This document shows, piece after piece, positions 11,321 to 23,860 of a stretch of 64,000 nucleotides of DNA (position 1 is the first letter of the stretch; each line of letters begins with the position of its first letter). Source of the stretch: Lingula anatina (lineage: Eukaryota; Animalia; Brachiopoda); assembly GCA_051362555.1 (NCBI GenBank), contig CM120640.1, forward strand, positions 47,904,788 to 47,968,787, read 5' to 3'. The translations under genes were made by a program, and so were the position numbers. Under the pieces are notes generated by a model. That model was not told the origin of the DNA, did no database searches, and worked only from the letters and a program-made list of their open reading frames with translations.

Positions 11321-13404
11321 TAAGGCATGAGGAAGATGGATAAGACAAACTAGATTAAGTATAGCAAATAACAAATAAATTCATCTAATAAAGGTAGCAC
11401 GTGTTTACATTGTGAAATATACATGGAACGCTGTGGGTGAACGCCTCCAAAATGTTCATTTTTCTTTTTTCACAGCTGCTTCTTCCGATTCTTCAGTTCA
11501 TCTAGTTTGTTTGAGGTTGTGAGCTTTTCCCTTCTCAAGACACACTGTGGTATTAGGAAGCCAATAAAATTTAACGTAACTTGCTCTGATGATTAACGTT
11601 TCGCATCATTCGTCTTAGCACAATTCTAGCTAAAACCATGGGCAGTTAATGGTCATAGTACCACTGTTTATCAATCACACTGGTTTCAAGATAACTACAC
11701 TGGATATCGTCATAATTGACACGTACCCTATCCAAGCCGAACACGACCTGTAAGGGCATAAGAGGATCTACATGTTTATGGAAATTGTATCTCGCTGGCA
11801 AAGTATGGTGCATTTCGGACGACACAGACAATTGGGCTTTCATCATTGAAGGCTGCATTTTGTTTACACTGGTCCCCACCCCGAGAAAATAAATAAAAGT
11901 TTCCAGGAAAAGGTCATCTGTTCTGTTTTACCGACAGCTTGATTTCCTTTGAATGACCCCTTTCCTCGGTTTATAAAATCCTCATTCAAATGTTCTCCAT
12001 GTTCATACGTGTTTAAGCAAACAAAGCCATCGCTGTGACAAGAAGAAAAGCGACCGGATGGCACGCTGGGCTGCCTTTTTTCACTGTATATCACTAACAT
12101 TTCATAGTTATTTTATGATAAGATTCCTTCTTCCAAGCTCTATTTTCAAAAAGAATACCATTTCCATCATCAGTTTCAATAGTCACTATAAAGTAATTTT
12201 CATATTTGCTGTGTTAAGTGTACGAAATCCACTATATTATATGATATCAATCAAAAGCAAGCGGAAGGCTTATCATCTACTAATTTCATACAAAAGTTGT
12301 TGTCTTTGTTTCTATGTTGTATTTCACAATATCATTCTATTATTTATATTTTCAGATGATGCGCGAAAAAACATTTTGAGAAAAAAACGTATACACCATT
12401 CTTAAAAGTTAGACCAGGAATGATTTTCTGATCTATAAGATCTTTAAAAATGTCTAAAGCAGAAGACATGATCTATGTAGTCGTAGCTAATATGAGTCGA
12501 ACTGAACTCAACAACTCATCACGCAAAACAATGCTTCTGTGAAAACTAATCCCTTTTGGAATCGAATCTCGAAGGGGAAGTTTGGATTTCCCTATCTGTA
12601 AACGTAATCTTCTCACAAAATTACATCTACACTGTGCTTCTATACAATCGACTAGACCTGTTAAAACCAATACAGACTCTAGGTAATGTGCTGATTCGGA
12701 ACGTTCTGGTGTGATATTACAAGGCTAGCGAGTAATGTGCTGGATTCGGCATTTTGGAGATGTTTGGGGAGACCACCACCCCACCCCACCATCCCCGTGA
12801 CTCAATCAGTGAAAACACAACAAAAAGGCTCCACACCCTTTGCGTCACACATCACCCCATAATCCCTGTTCCTGATCCTTTGGCAAAGGATAGAAGATCA
12901 CTAAGATCATCTCTTTATTTGTCACTGGGGCATCTTTTATCACTCATATTGAAATTCAAAACAGAAAAGCGACATTTCTCATGATTACTCGTATTGTCTG
13001 TGTTTCATAGAATGTGACCACGGAAAGGGCAGATTCGCAATGTTATTGTGTAATCATTGATGACCCCCCCTTGAATTCATCCTACCCCTCAATAAGGAGT
13101 CGTAACCATTTAAGGAACTAATCTTTAAAAAGTCGTTATTTTACATTGAAACGCTGTGTGACTCTTGGGATAAAGTAAAAATTGTTTTTCTGCATCATCG
13201 CATGCCAAATATACCAGCTAATCTTCCTTCTAGATTAAGAAATGAACAGCTTTAAGTGAAAATCATCAGTCAAATTTAGAAATGCTATTTAGCGAATAAA
13301 TCTCTTGGGTTAGCCAGTACTCAGGGTCGCGTCACGGCAATAGCCTAGATAAAATTATTTCATTGCTATATTATCTAAAACGGAGACTGGCAATTAATAT
13401 ATAC

Positions 13405-13520
13405 AGACAGAGAGTAAGATGGACAGAGAGGCATACACGAAGGCAAAACGGAGGACTAACAGACAGATTGCCAAACGGTTCTGCAGTCAGACGTACAGAT
13501 AGACGGATGGTCAGAGACAC
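13405..13520 (+). repeat. Degenerate (GACA/GACG)n tract, typical of Helitron/Helentron-associated non-autonomous elements
   Basis: acagacag...ggacagag...acagacag...cagacgtacagatagacggatggtcagagac. Confidence 0.4.
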
Positions 13521-14080
13521 TCAGAAACAATCATGGTGAACTTTTGCTAAATCTGTCTATACGAATTACTCTATTGTATTTACTTGTTGACTGACACAGA
13601 GTGTAACCCCAATGACAGATATAAAGAAGCATGTCGACCATTTTGAACATCCACGATACCAAATGTCTGTGCAGGAGGTCAATGAAGCCCCATTGATGAC
13701 CCTCTGTTTTCTTAATGGGCAGATTGACTTGACTGAAAGAACGCAAAAGGCTCAAAATGGTACAGCAAAATTCAATAAAAATTGACAAATTATATTACTA
13801 AAGAGAATTTTTTTCAATCCTGTATGAAGTTTGAGCGTCCGTATACGTATATGGAGGTTGCCGTCAGGCAAACAGTTAGATGGGTATTACTCAACTGTGG
13901 TTGTGTCAATTTTAACTTCCAAAAGAGCGATTGTTCAAATGAACGATCTCACGCAACGTTGTTCGGAAACAGCGGTGTTACAATGCACTGTAAGCACTGA
14001 GAGCCAGAAGAGATATTATAGCTTTCACACTGATATAGATATATATATAAGTATTATGAAAGGAATTTCAAGCTATGAAA

Positions 14081-14088
14081 TGACGTCA
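14081..14088. promoter_or_regulatory. Perfect CRE palindrome ~2.8 kb upstream of the neuropeptide gene
   Basis: TGACGTCA; could be chance. Confidence 0.3.
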
Positions 14089-15598
14089 AGTCCTAATAGC
14101 ATTTCATAGGCCATAGAACTGACCACATTATGATGATTGATACATGATTAAGGATATTGTAACCCTTTATTATCATCCAGATACCAAAAATAAGGTTTTT
14201 CCTGCATCTAATTATTCAATTATGCCTCTATCTTTGTGTGGATTTAAAACAATAAAATCTCCTCGAAAATATAAGATATCGTCGATTATATTTCTTGTTG
14301 CAATGCATAAGCACAGACAAGTCAAAGCTTTAATCGTCAATTTAACACCTTTTTATTTTGAGGTGAGATAGCAGTCGGAATGGGGCGTAACGTCTTCCCT
14401 AAACAAGATTTTATCACAAAAATTGGCAGAGTTGACCGCAAGTGTATGGGCTACAATCCTGTCCTGCCATTTTGATCTAAATGCTTTTGTTATGGAGTTA
14501 TGTTACGGATTTTCATTAAACAAAGACATTTTTTTGCGTTATCAACAACAAAATCTGAACTAAGACTAGTAAGAAAAATCGCTGGTGGGTTTTTGAGTAC
14601 TAAATGGTGTTATTAAATTGGCGTTAAAACAGTGTTTGTGGATGCTCAGGTAAAGAAGATATTTGAGAAACCGATTTTTCCATTTTTACCCCAAAATCGC
14701 AATTATGACTTCACCCGTAAGATGACATATGTGTAAATGTTAATTAATTTAGTCACTGAACACTGAAGATTTATCTGTTATCCAAAAGAATGTATGTAAG
14801 GCAGTAAACAAGGAGTATTTGGCGAAGGGTTGCAATATTCTTAAACTATAAAGCCCTTCTTATAAAGCTCTTTCAACACCTACTCATCTAAAATTGATAG
14901 ATTATCTCATCTTTATTTTGCTAAAAACAGATAACAGTGCACAATTTGTACCGTCTGTAGTCTTGATGATTGATTGTTTGGTTGATTCTTTTGCGCCATT
15001 ATGATTTATCATTAAGTGCCTGATCTCCGATTGATCGCTTCTTATCTCAAAGTCGGGAAATTGTATGGTTTACTTTGTTTTTGTTCTTTTTAGCATATCA
15101 ACCAATTTTAATTTTCAGGTCCTTTTTTAAAACACAAATCAGTCTGTTTTATGGCTTTTGGCGTAATTATCACTTGGGTTTTTATGTAATGTTACAAAGC
15201 GACCAGGAATTTACATGATAGACGTTTTTAAGGCAAATGTTATGTAAGATTATGCAATGAGTTTAATGTTACATGTAGGTGGCCTTCAAAAGACTGACTC
15301 ATTTATTTTTGCCTCAATCGTGTACATGTGAAATGTGTTTTGTTATGAGAATAACGCTTCATACTAAATATTGCATAATGGACAATACATGTATAACAAA
15401 TAGTTTTGTTCTAAAACTGGTATGGAAATATAATGTACGATTGTAAAACATACCTTAAAACGGAATTTTATATTATTCTTAGGTAAAGTGTATATGATAA
15501 ATTTCCGTTGGCAATGCAGAATCTTCTAATGAATTAAACTTAGTATTATCAAAGCAGGGAAAAGAAGAGAAAAGATGGAATACAGTTATGAAAAACTA

Positions 15599-15830
15599 TT
15601 TATTACTTCCCTGGCCAGTGTGCACTTACTAGTGAGAGGGAAAACTAAGGACAGGCTGGCGTTTTACAATATTCATTATGGTAACTACATCATTACTACG
15701 ATGTGTTTTTAACTTTATCTCTAAGTTAAATAGATAATTATAATATTTATTGTGTAATTTCGAACGGACGCTCATTGAATAGATATAGGAAAGATAATAC
15801 GGGCCACTGCAGATAATTTCATGGCACTAC
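15599..15830 (+). repeat. Diverged dispersed repeat, copy 2
   Basis: Collinear shared blocks with 11137-11320 (19-mer, 13-mer, actgYagataat). Confidence 0.6.
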
Positions 15831-16380
15831 TTGAAGGGTAAATTGTATTTAAAATACAGAAAAGTAATTAAAGGCACTGATATTTACTTCAAACATGCAC
15901 CTCCCTAGGAGTATCGGAAAAGGTCGGCCTGTCGCACGTAACGGGGCAGATGCGAGCAGCAATTATTGAAAAATTTATCGGTCACAAACAGCTCAGTTTT
16001 CATGGTACTTGATAATTGATTAAATACGCCTTCGCTTCTTGTCTCTGTTTCAGCGGGAAGAATATGTAACACCATTTATGAAATTGCAAAAATCAATTTC
16101 GATAAGAAACAGAATTGTCGCTAGTTCACATGAGGGATACACCTACACAATTACGAATATGTTACACGTGCCTTTCAAAATACTCTTTACCTTTCATTTT
16201 GCAAACGCCCATAGTATTTGCCATACCGGATAGAATCAAACCCGACGTGGAGATAAGACCTCCTTAATAATATGTTTCTTATGGGGGTATAGCAAATGGC
16301 AGGATAGCAAAAAATTTTTAATTTCTGTACCTTTTCCGTTTGTACTGTTTATAATTGTTGTAATTGTTTGCCTTCCCATA

Positions 16381-16383
<3 letters not shown>

Positions 16384-16421
<38 letters not shown>
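16384..16421. repeat. (CT)n microsatellite
   Basis: Direct read. Confidence 0.95.
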
Positions 16422-16424
<3 letters not shown>

Positions 16425-16777
16425 AGTTTTCAAAATGACGCAACAGATGCCGTTATAAATCGAAACTGGCACAGTCATTGCTGAAAAGTAATTACATATT
16501 TGCTATTTCCCTGACAATCAGTGCGAGACCTCGGGACCAAATCGCTTTTAACAACGTTTTTGTGGGTGATCAATTATTGTTCAATGATTGGAATAGTTAT
16601 TATTGAAAATATTTTGGAAAGAGAAAAGTTAGTTAAACAATTTCCCAAATGCAGCTGGTCATCTGCTGCTAAACAGAGTGTCTGGTTTATAAAAGATGAC
16701 AACTGTTGGATGAAGCAATCATCGACAAACTCAGACCTAATGAGTTTGACGGTCCTTCCGCCTGAGATAACGTCCTG

Positions 16778-16885
16778 TGACGTCTGCGCACTGCATGATT
16801 ATCATCCTCACAGGGGAGCTAAATAATTAACTTATTGCCAGTGGCGGTATAAACTGCAGACGCACACCAAACTGAGAGCAGTCAG
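16778..16885 (+). promoter_or_regulatory. Core promoter of the FMRFamide-family gene: near-CRE, TATA box, Inr-like
   Basis: TGACGTCT 16778-16785; TATAAA 16848-16853; GCAGTC with A at 16880, ~32 nt after TATA. Confidence 0.6.
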
Positions 16886-17016
16886 AAGGAAAATCGGCAA
16901 CCAACAGGTGACAAAACTACGAATCTGTATGACTCTGGCAGTGCACTATTTTTAAGCTTGGAAATACCCCCAGCTTGTCCATAGAAGGTTGGCATTCGTT
17001 TTTTCATCCTCGCACG
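16880..17016 (+). other. Putative non-coding exon 1 of the FMRFamide-family gene
   Basis: Follows TATA/Inr; donor CACG|GTAGGT at 17016/17017; acceptor cccttttcag| at 17770 just before the ATG exon. Confidence 0.5.
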
Positions 17017-17786
17017 GTAGGTGGATAGCTCAGGTTCATATTTTTGAGTGAATTGATATTTCACGATTTTGAATACTTTTTTGGTTCTTTCTTTTTTTCT
17101 TGGTCACTGGGAATTTTTTTATGGAAGTTAAAATCGCTGTATTAACTGACGGTTGGTAACTTAAAATGAACAAATTAATAACTGTTGAGTTCAATTAAAA
17201 TATAGAAATCCTATATGCATCATGTATGCTTTATTTTTTGCGTAGAATGTTCGGAAACTGTTGTAGACGAAATATAATCCCATGCGCTAGAATATTTTCA
17301 GTCCAGTGTCTCCTTTTTCTTCATAAATATTACTGTTTAATTCAATTGCACAGAAAAGTCACCAACTTGCCTTTAAAAGGATCATCAATCTAAAGCTGAA
17401 GAGAATGATCATCTTTGCTTATATTGATGATCAATTCACCATCAGATATCATTTTTCGCTAAGTGAGCATTTGCTCGTTTTGCTGGAACTTTAATCTTAT
17501 TCTGACCGAGATATAGCAAATGCGCGCTACTTGGTGATTGGACAAATGCAAGTACAGATTGCTGGTGAAAACGAAGATTTGATTATTTGAAAACTGTAAG
17601 AGTTTGGTGAATAAGGTTCAGGTAAGTTCTGAAATCCTGACAGTGGTATGATACTGCAGATGTAAGTTGTGGCCAAGAACCGAAAGGGTCAATATATTGC
17701 TTATGCTTCAATTCCGTGATGCTATTATTCATTCTCAATGCATTCAGCTATAAATGTTTTCCCTTTTCAGGACTGAATAATAAGGT

Positions 17787-17949
17787 ATGAAAACTTCTTC
17801 GCGGATCTTCTTGCTTGCCTTTGTCGCACTCTACCAAATACAGTTGATTCGATGTAGTGGCTATGGAAATTTCTTATGCAACTATGGGCAAGAATTAAAC
17901 GCTCTCTGCAATCGTCTGCAAGAATTTCAAGATTCAGCCGACCTCCAAG
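17787..17949 (+). CDS. FMRFa: FMRFamide-family precursor, signal-peptide exon: MKTSSRIFLLAFVALYQIQLIRCSGYGNFLCNYGQELNALCNRLQEFQDSADLQ
   Basis: ATG 17787, hydrophobic signal, Cys pair after the signal as in molluscan FMRFamide precursors; donor CAAG|GTATGT phase 1 matches the acceptor at 21446; missed by the ORF track. Confidence 0.85.
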
Positions 17950-20900
17950 GTATGTAACTCATAAAACGGTGCCGTGATTTCATTTTTGTGCACATTAATA
18001 AAAACTACAAAAGATTCTCTTTGAAAAAAAGAAAACGCTAGAATCCTTTACAACAAAAATCCTTTTGGTAAGTTTTAATTTTTCTCACAGAGCAGACATC
18101 TTGTGCGGCTGTATATACATGTTCTGTCGAAAGGTTTAGTTTTCAGCCAATCAAAGTCTAACATAAATTAAGCTAGGGTGGAACAAGAAGACTGAGTTTG
18201 GTTATTCTTGCCAATTTTTAATAACTGAAATATTGTAAGATAAGGAAATCACTAATGAAAAGAGAAATGTCAGCAACTATAATGCACGTTTTTACGCACG
18301 TGCTATCATTTCTTCATAGTGCAAGATCATCTTGGTAGATGAACAATGGTTTGTTTCATTAAATCTAGGATTTCGGGAATATATTTTTTTTTCACACACT
18401 GTATCCCCTAATTCTTTAAATGGCTGTGTTTATTCGATTATCTTTCGGTGTCTGTTTTCAAAATTTTCCTCCTTTTTTTTCCATAGCATGAACGAGTATT
18501 GGATTCTACATGAACAGATTAGGGCTCATAATTTGCATTTCAACTACCTTTATATATTATACATTATTTTCGTAACCAAACTAATATATCTTATTTTAAA
18601 ACGTTATATAAATTATATTGCAGCTCGTTTATTTTTCTGCAGCTATCATTCCCTTCTTAAGAGAGCATATCGGGTTACTTAAAAAAAATTCCCGAACTTG
18701 CGACTTTCCAAACTCTATGTAGCCTAATAACTCATTTATCAATCTTATAAACAAGCAAAAATCTGGATTGAAAATATTGAATATTTTCTCCGTTGCGCTC
18801 TTTTCCCCTTACAAAAACGTACAACTAGTATGCAACGGTCAAAAACGAAGATAAAATTTTAATAGAAATATCTCTTAAAGAACAACGTCCGTGTAACATT
18901 TTCCTATGTTTTGGTGAACAGATTTCAATTAGAATATAGTCGTCTGTTTTAGCTTGAATCATTTTGATTTGATATATCGTTGTTGATATAAACTGTGAAT
19001 AAAACTAATGTCCGTATTCTTCTGAGTCGTTTTCAATGCAAGTCGACTTAAACTTCTTATCCCAAACTTATCTCAAACCTTTCTGTGATACTCGCTACTG
19101 TCTTGGACGATGTCAAGTAATGTGAACTGTTGTTTCCCTTGTGTAGATTTGATTAAGAGGAAAATGCTGGTCACTAGATACGTGTCCGAGGCCTGATGAT
19201 TTAATTGTAACCTCCAAATAGTTTCAAATAACGTATTTTACACGATTATAGGCTTCGCCACATGGTGCATTGATTTTTAGCGTCTCTAGGAAAGCTGCCT
19301 ATTCCGCGCCACACGCTCAATGTTATTATGTTTCATGATGGAAATATCATAAAACTGAATTTACCTAACAATTTATCACATTTTTTGTATGTTTCGTTCG
19401 TTATGGAACTTTTTAACCTTTTACCATGGGACCAATTAACATCGCTCTTTTTTTGTTTATTTTATGAAGGAAAAAAGTTTATTGAGCAAATATTCTCAAA
19501 TTAACTCACGAATTTTAAGTTTGGTCGCAAAAACGATTAGGGAATACGAAAATGCAATGTTTGATAGTAAAACCAATGACTAAAATTACATTGGGGAACT
19601 TACGGGCGATATTCAGTCTCCTTTCATAATATGGCACTTCTGGTTGCTCTTTATAGGATAAAACGCCACTACTGGTCCGCAGAGATTCAACAACATTTGC
19701 AGTGTTTGTGTCACTTTAGTAACATCTATCAATACATATTATGCAAGGTCCTATAGTTTATTCAATCTTTTTTCATGAAAATCAAATATTGAGCCTCCCA
19801 CGGTCGCAAATGCCCAGATTGAAATTAAGTTAAGGTCGCTATTAAATACGCCGGGGAAGAGATGCTAGCCTGCTTTCACTGTTTAGTTTCCCCCCTTGGG
19901 TCAACAAATTTTAGCTTGTCATTAAGGATGATCATTAACCGGAATGAAAACCCCATGGTATCCTCTACCATAATCCAAACGTATCAAGGAATGAGAAGGT
20001 ACAAATATGAACCACATTTTCGTTATATCAGGCAAAAGAATGAAAATGTTGAACAACAGCAAAATTTGTAGAGAAAAAAGTTATAATTACGTGAGTATTA
20101 GAATTTGAAGTAAAACAAGCTTTTTAAAAGACTTATTACTCTCAAATTGTATGGGTTTCGTAGATCCTACTGATGTCTTTTCTATGTGGACTCAACACAA
20201 ATTCTGTGTGTTATGACTCACTAAGAATGTACAAGGAAATATCTTAAACATTGCATTTGTGTCAGGGGAATACACATATTAAATGTTTTCTCATGATAAA
20301 TCGCCACGAATTCAAACAACGACTTATTCTCTTGTGATTGCCATATATATTTTAAACTAACTCCCAAACTGGGTCGCTAAGTTGATGGAGAAATATCCTC
20401 AGGGTAGCACTGGTTTAGGGCAACAAAGAGAAAACGGCACGATAGAAAACGAAAAAGCTGTCCTTGAATGACTTAGACTATTTGTTATCTGCTACGTCTA
20501 AAGGACAACCTTAGGCCAAAGTAATAAGAAGTAGATACGTTTTGAAAATAAAAAAACACCGACAAAATATAGACCTATTTTAACAATGAAATGGGTCACG
20601 AAATCAAGCAGAAACACTCTTGGTCCAGCTACAGGTGCGTTGTGACCTGGTATTCCTAACGCTGGCAGCACATATGGTGCTTTCCCAGTACTGATAAATG
20701 CTGGAATCAGAACAAAAGCATAGTACTATAATCTAGATGCATATCTATAGTGCAAACTAGGAGTATGTCATTCACGCTCTGACTCATTGAATTACGATAC
20801 AAATCACTATGACATGTCCGATACCAGGAACAATGTGTCAAGCATATGTTTATACATAATTCATAGTTGCTGATGAGTTATAACTATTGACGGCCGGTAT

Positions 20901-21446
20901 TGACAACCTAATTATACACTCGGGGAATGTAATCTTGCAAGATTTTCATTGAACAATTATCTTGACTTTTGTCTCTAAATATCGTCAATATGTGTCTATG
21001 AGAATGTCAAATTCTACAACCTATGAAATGGCAACCACCCAGTCAAGGACAGTATACTAGTGTATCGCAAGCTACCTTCAGACAAAATCGCATCGTTAAA
21101 AGCATAGGAGAAATCATAAACGTTTACCTTTTCACTGGTTAAAAAAATTAATAGATAAAAACTCGAAATCACCCGATGTTTAGAAGGTGCAGAATTTCTA
21201 AACAAAAGAGCAAATTAAATTCTGGTTGCCTCAGCAAGCGATGATCCTGCCACCATTTCTGTATATGCTTTTATATATAAAATTTAATGAAAATACATGT
21301 ACATGTAATAATAATAATGATGTTGACACAAACTTGAAAATGGATTTATTACATATCTATGCAAAGGCCAAATTACGAATTTAACCTCATAGACCAAAAC
21401 ACATGCCCTTGTGTTAACTTAATCTTTCACGTTTAATTGTTTCTAG

Positions 21447-22612
21447 CACCAGACGACTCCAACTCCATGTGGCGAACGAAACACCGCTTCCAGCTGCGAC
21501 TAGGACGAAGAGAAGACGAGGGTGACGACGAAGATGACGAAGAGGAATTCGAACATCTCGTTGGAATGCTCGCCCCACATCTTTCACGGCAAAGACGAGC
21601 ATATTTACGGTTTGGTCGAAGTGCTGAATGGCCTGGCGTTGATGACATCGACGAAAACAAAAGAGCATATCTTAGATTCGGCAAACGAGCCTATTTGCGA
21701 TTCGGTAGATCAGTAGACAACAAGAGGACCCCAAATAGCGGCGGTATGAGTAATTATATGCGCTTTGGAAGATCGGCCGAACCCCATCATCTTTCAAAGC
21801 GGTCAGTCCCAGTCAAACAAGAGGCTACCGAATCAAAAACGAAAGAAAACACCATGAAATCAGCCGCAGTCCCCAACAGTGAAAAGAGATATATGAGGTT
21901 CGGCAAAAAATCCAGCGAAGGAGACGAAAAAAGGTACATGCGTTTCGGGAAAAAGTCCACTGAGGATTCGGCTCCAGAAACTCACGCAAAAGAGGAGAAA
22001 CGTTACATGCGCTTTGGAAAGAAGTCGCAACCCAATGGAGAAGACCCCGAAAAAAGATATATGAGATTTGGAAAGAAATCTATGGAACAAACGGACGAAG
22101 ACAAGAGATATATGCGTTTCGGCAAGAAATCCCTCGACCAACCAGAAGAAGACAAACGGTACATGCGGTTTGGAAAGAAATCTGCCGAGCAGCAAGAAGA
22201 AGACAAGAGATATATGAGATTTGGCAAGAGGTCGGATAATGCTGATGATGATGATGACGCCGAGGAGGCAGTTAAGCGATACATGCGCTTTGGGAAAAAG
22301 ATGGATCCAGACTTCGAAAAGGCATTGAAGAGATACATGCACTTCGGCAAAAAGACGGACGTATCAGAAGCCATCAAGAGATATATGAGGTTTGGCAAAA
22401 AGGCGGACGACAATGATGCTGAAAAGAGATACATGAGATTCGGTAAAAAGAGTGACTCAGATACCGAAAATGAGGAGAAACGTTACATGAGATTTGGCAA
22501 AAAAGATAAAGAATTATCAGAAATCAAAAGGTACATGAGGTTTGGAAAAAAAGACCAACCAGCCAAAAACGAAAAACGATACATGCGTTTCGGCAAAAAG
22601 AGTACAGTGTAA
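21447..22612 (+). CDS. FMRFa: FMRFamide-family (YMRFamide) neuropeptide precursor, peptide exon; whole precursor ~442 aa
   Basis: Acceptor ttgtttctag|; KR-YMRF-G-KK/KR x13, AYLRF-G x3, TPNSGGMSNYMRF-G, YMHF-G, FQLRL-G-RR, acidic spacers, furin-type RQRR; ATTAAA 23060 and AATAAA 23107 downstream. Confidence 0.97.
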
Positions 22613-23822
22613 TAAGTTGTGATACCCAGGAACTCATTTTACGACAAAGAGGGGGTTAATTCCATATCATTATTTTTTGTATTGAAAACATTCATGTGAT
22701 CATACATTTTAGCTGTGAAAAAGGAACGATAATTTTGAGCAATTTTCAAAAGTTAAATCATATCAAGTAATTAAAAGATTAACAGGCAAAATTCAATTAG
22801 ATGCCAATGACATTAGCCTATTATTGAAAACAGTATTGGATTATATATGTTGTTATATATATATACATATATGTACAGTGTTATTTTGTAAATTACATAT
22901 AGTTATGTAGTTAAAAGTGATAAGAGCGTCATGGTTTAACGCAAATGATAGTTAGTCGTGTACCATATAGGTGGCGCAGTATGCGTTCGATGGATTCATC
23001 TACCGACGCAGGTTGTTTAAAAGAGCTGCAAACATTTTGCCTTGTTGCTTTGAACTGGCATTAAATATAAAACTTATTTTACTAAATTCTGGGTTCTTTG
23101 GGGCACAATAAAAAGCAATGACATGGAATCGTTTGATTAGCGTTTTTGATGCCGTAATATGATAACGTCAAAGCCATGCAGAGAGTCAATAAATCTTTTT
23201 GTTGCAGGATTGAACAAAAGCTTCGTTTTTCAGTGATAAAATGCAAACATTAGTTTCACTTATTTGGTACAACGAGAAAGATTTTTCCAATCTCTTCGAT
23301 CACTAAATTTCAGCGAAGTTTAAATATTCTTCAACTGCAGAATAAGACATATAATAGCATATATTTGTCATATGTATATATATAAAGACATATAAACTGA
23401 ATGTCTGATATAAGGTGACAATAAAACAGTATGTTTTAAAGGGAAATGCATTGACACCGCTTAAGTAATGAGTCTTCTTGATCTGTAGATAATGTCAATC
23501 TGTAACATCAAGCTGGAAGATTGGAATTCAAATCCTTGTTATCCAAGCACGAATTTCATCAGATTAACATCAGGACACACTGTGTCAGAAAAGAGCAATA
23601 CGGTTATTATAGGCAGAATTATGACAGGTTGCATAGGTACTTTCAGGAAACATATACTCTGTGAAGGAAACGTACACAGACAAAAAATAATAAATAAATA
23701 AATAAATAAAAATAACGAAGCAAAAAAATAATGTATTTATATATACATATTTAAGTGGAATTTGAATTGGTACATAAGAATCCGTGCATTAGTCAACAAA
23801 TTCATCATCATAAACACAGCAT

Positions 23823-23824
<2 letters not shown>

Positions 23825-23858
<34 letters not shown>
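23825..23858. repeat. (TA)n microsatellite
   Basis: Direct read. Confidence 0.95.

Positions 23859-23860
<2 letters not shown>

Noticed and set aside
16236-16478. ORF with ER repeat
   Set aside because: Translation of a (CT)n microsatellite.
21437-21446. ORF-track start MFL of the 391-aa precursor
   Set aside because: Intronic (TTG start within the acceptor); the real N-terminus is the signal exon at 17787.
21860-22434. Two minus-strand ORFs (160 and 143 aa) over the neuropeptide exon
   Set aside because: Antisense shadows of the repetitive precursor; no independent signal.
22970-23010. tRNA/SINE-like TGGCGCAGT...GTTCGA with small hairpin in the FMRFa 3' UTR
   Set aside because: A- and B-box-like motifs are too close together; no cloverleaf.
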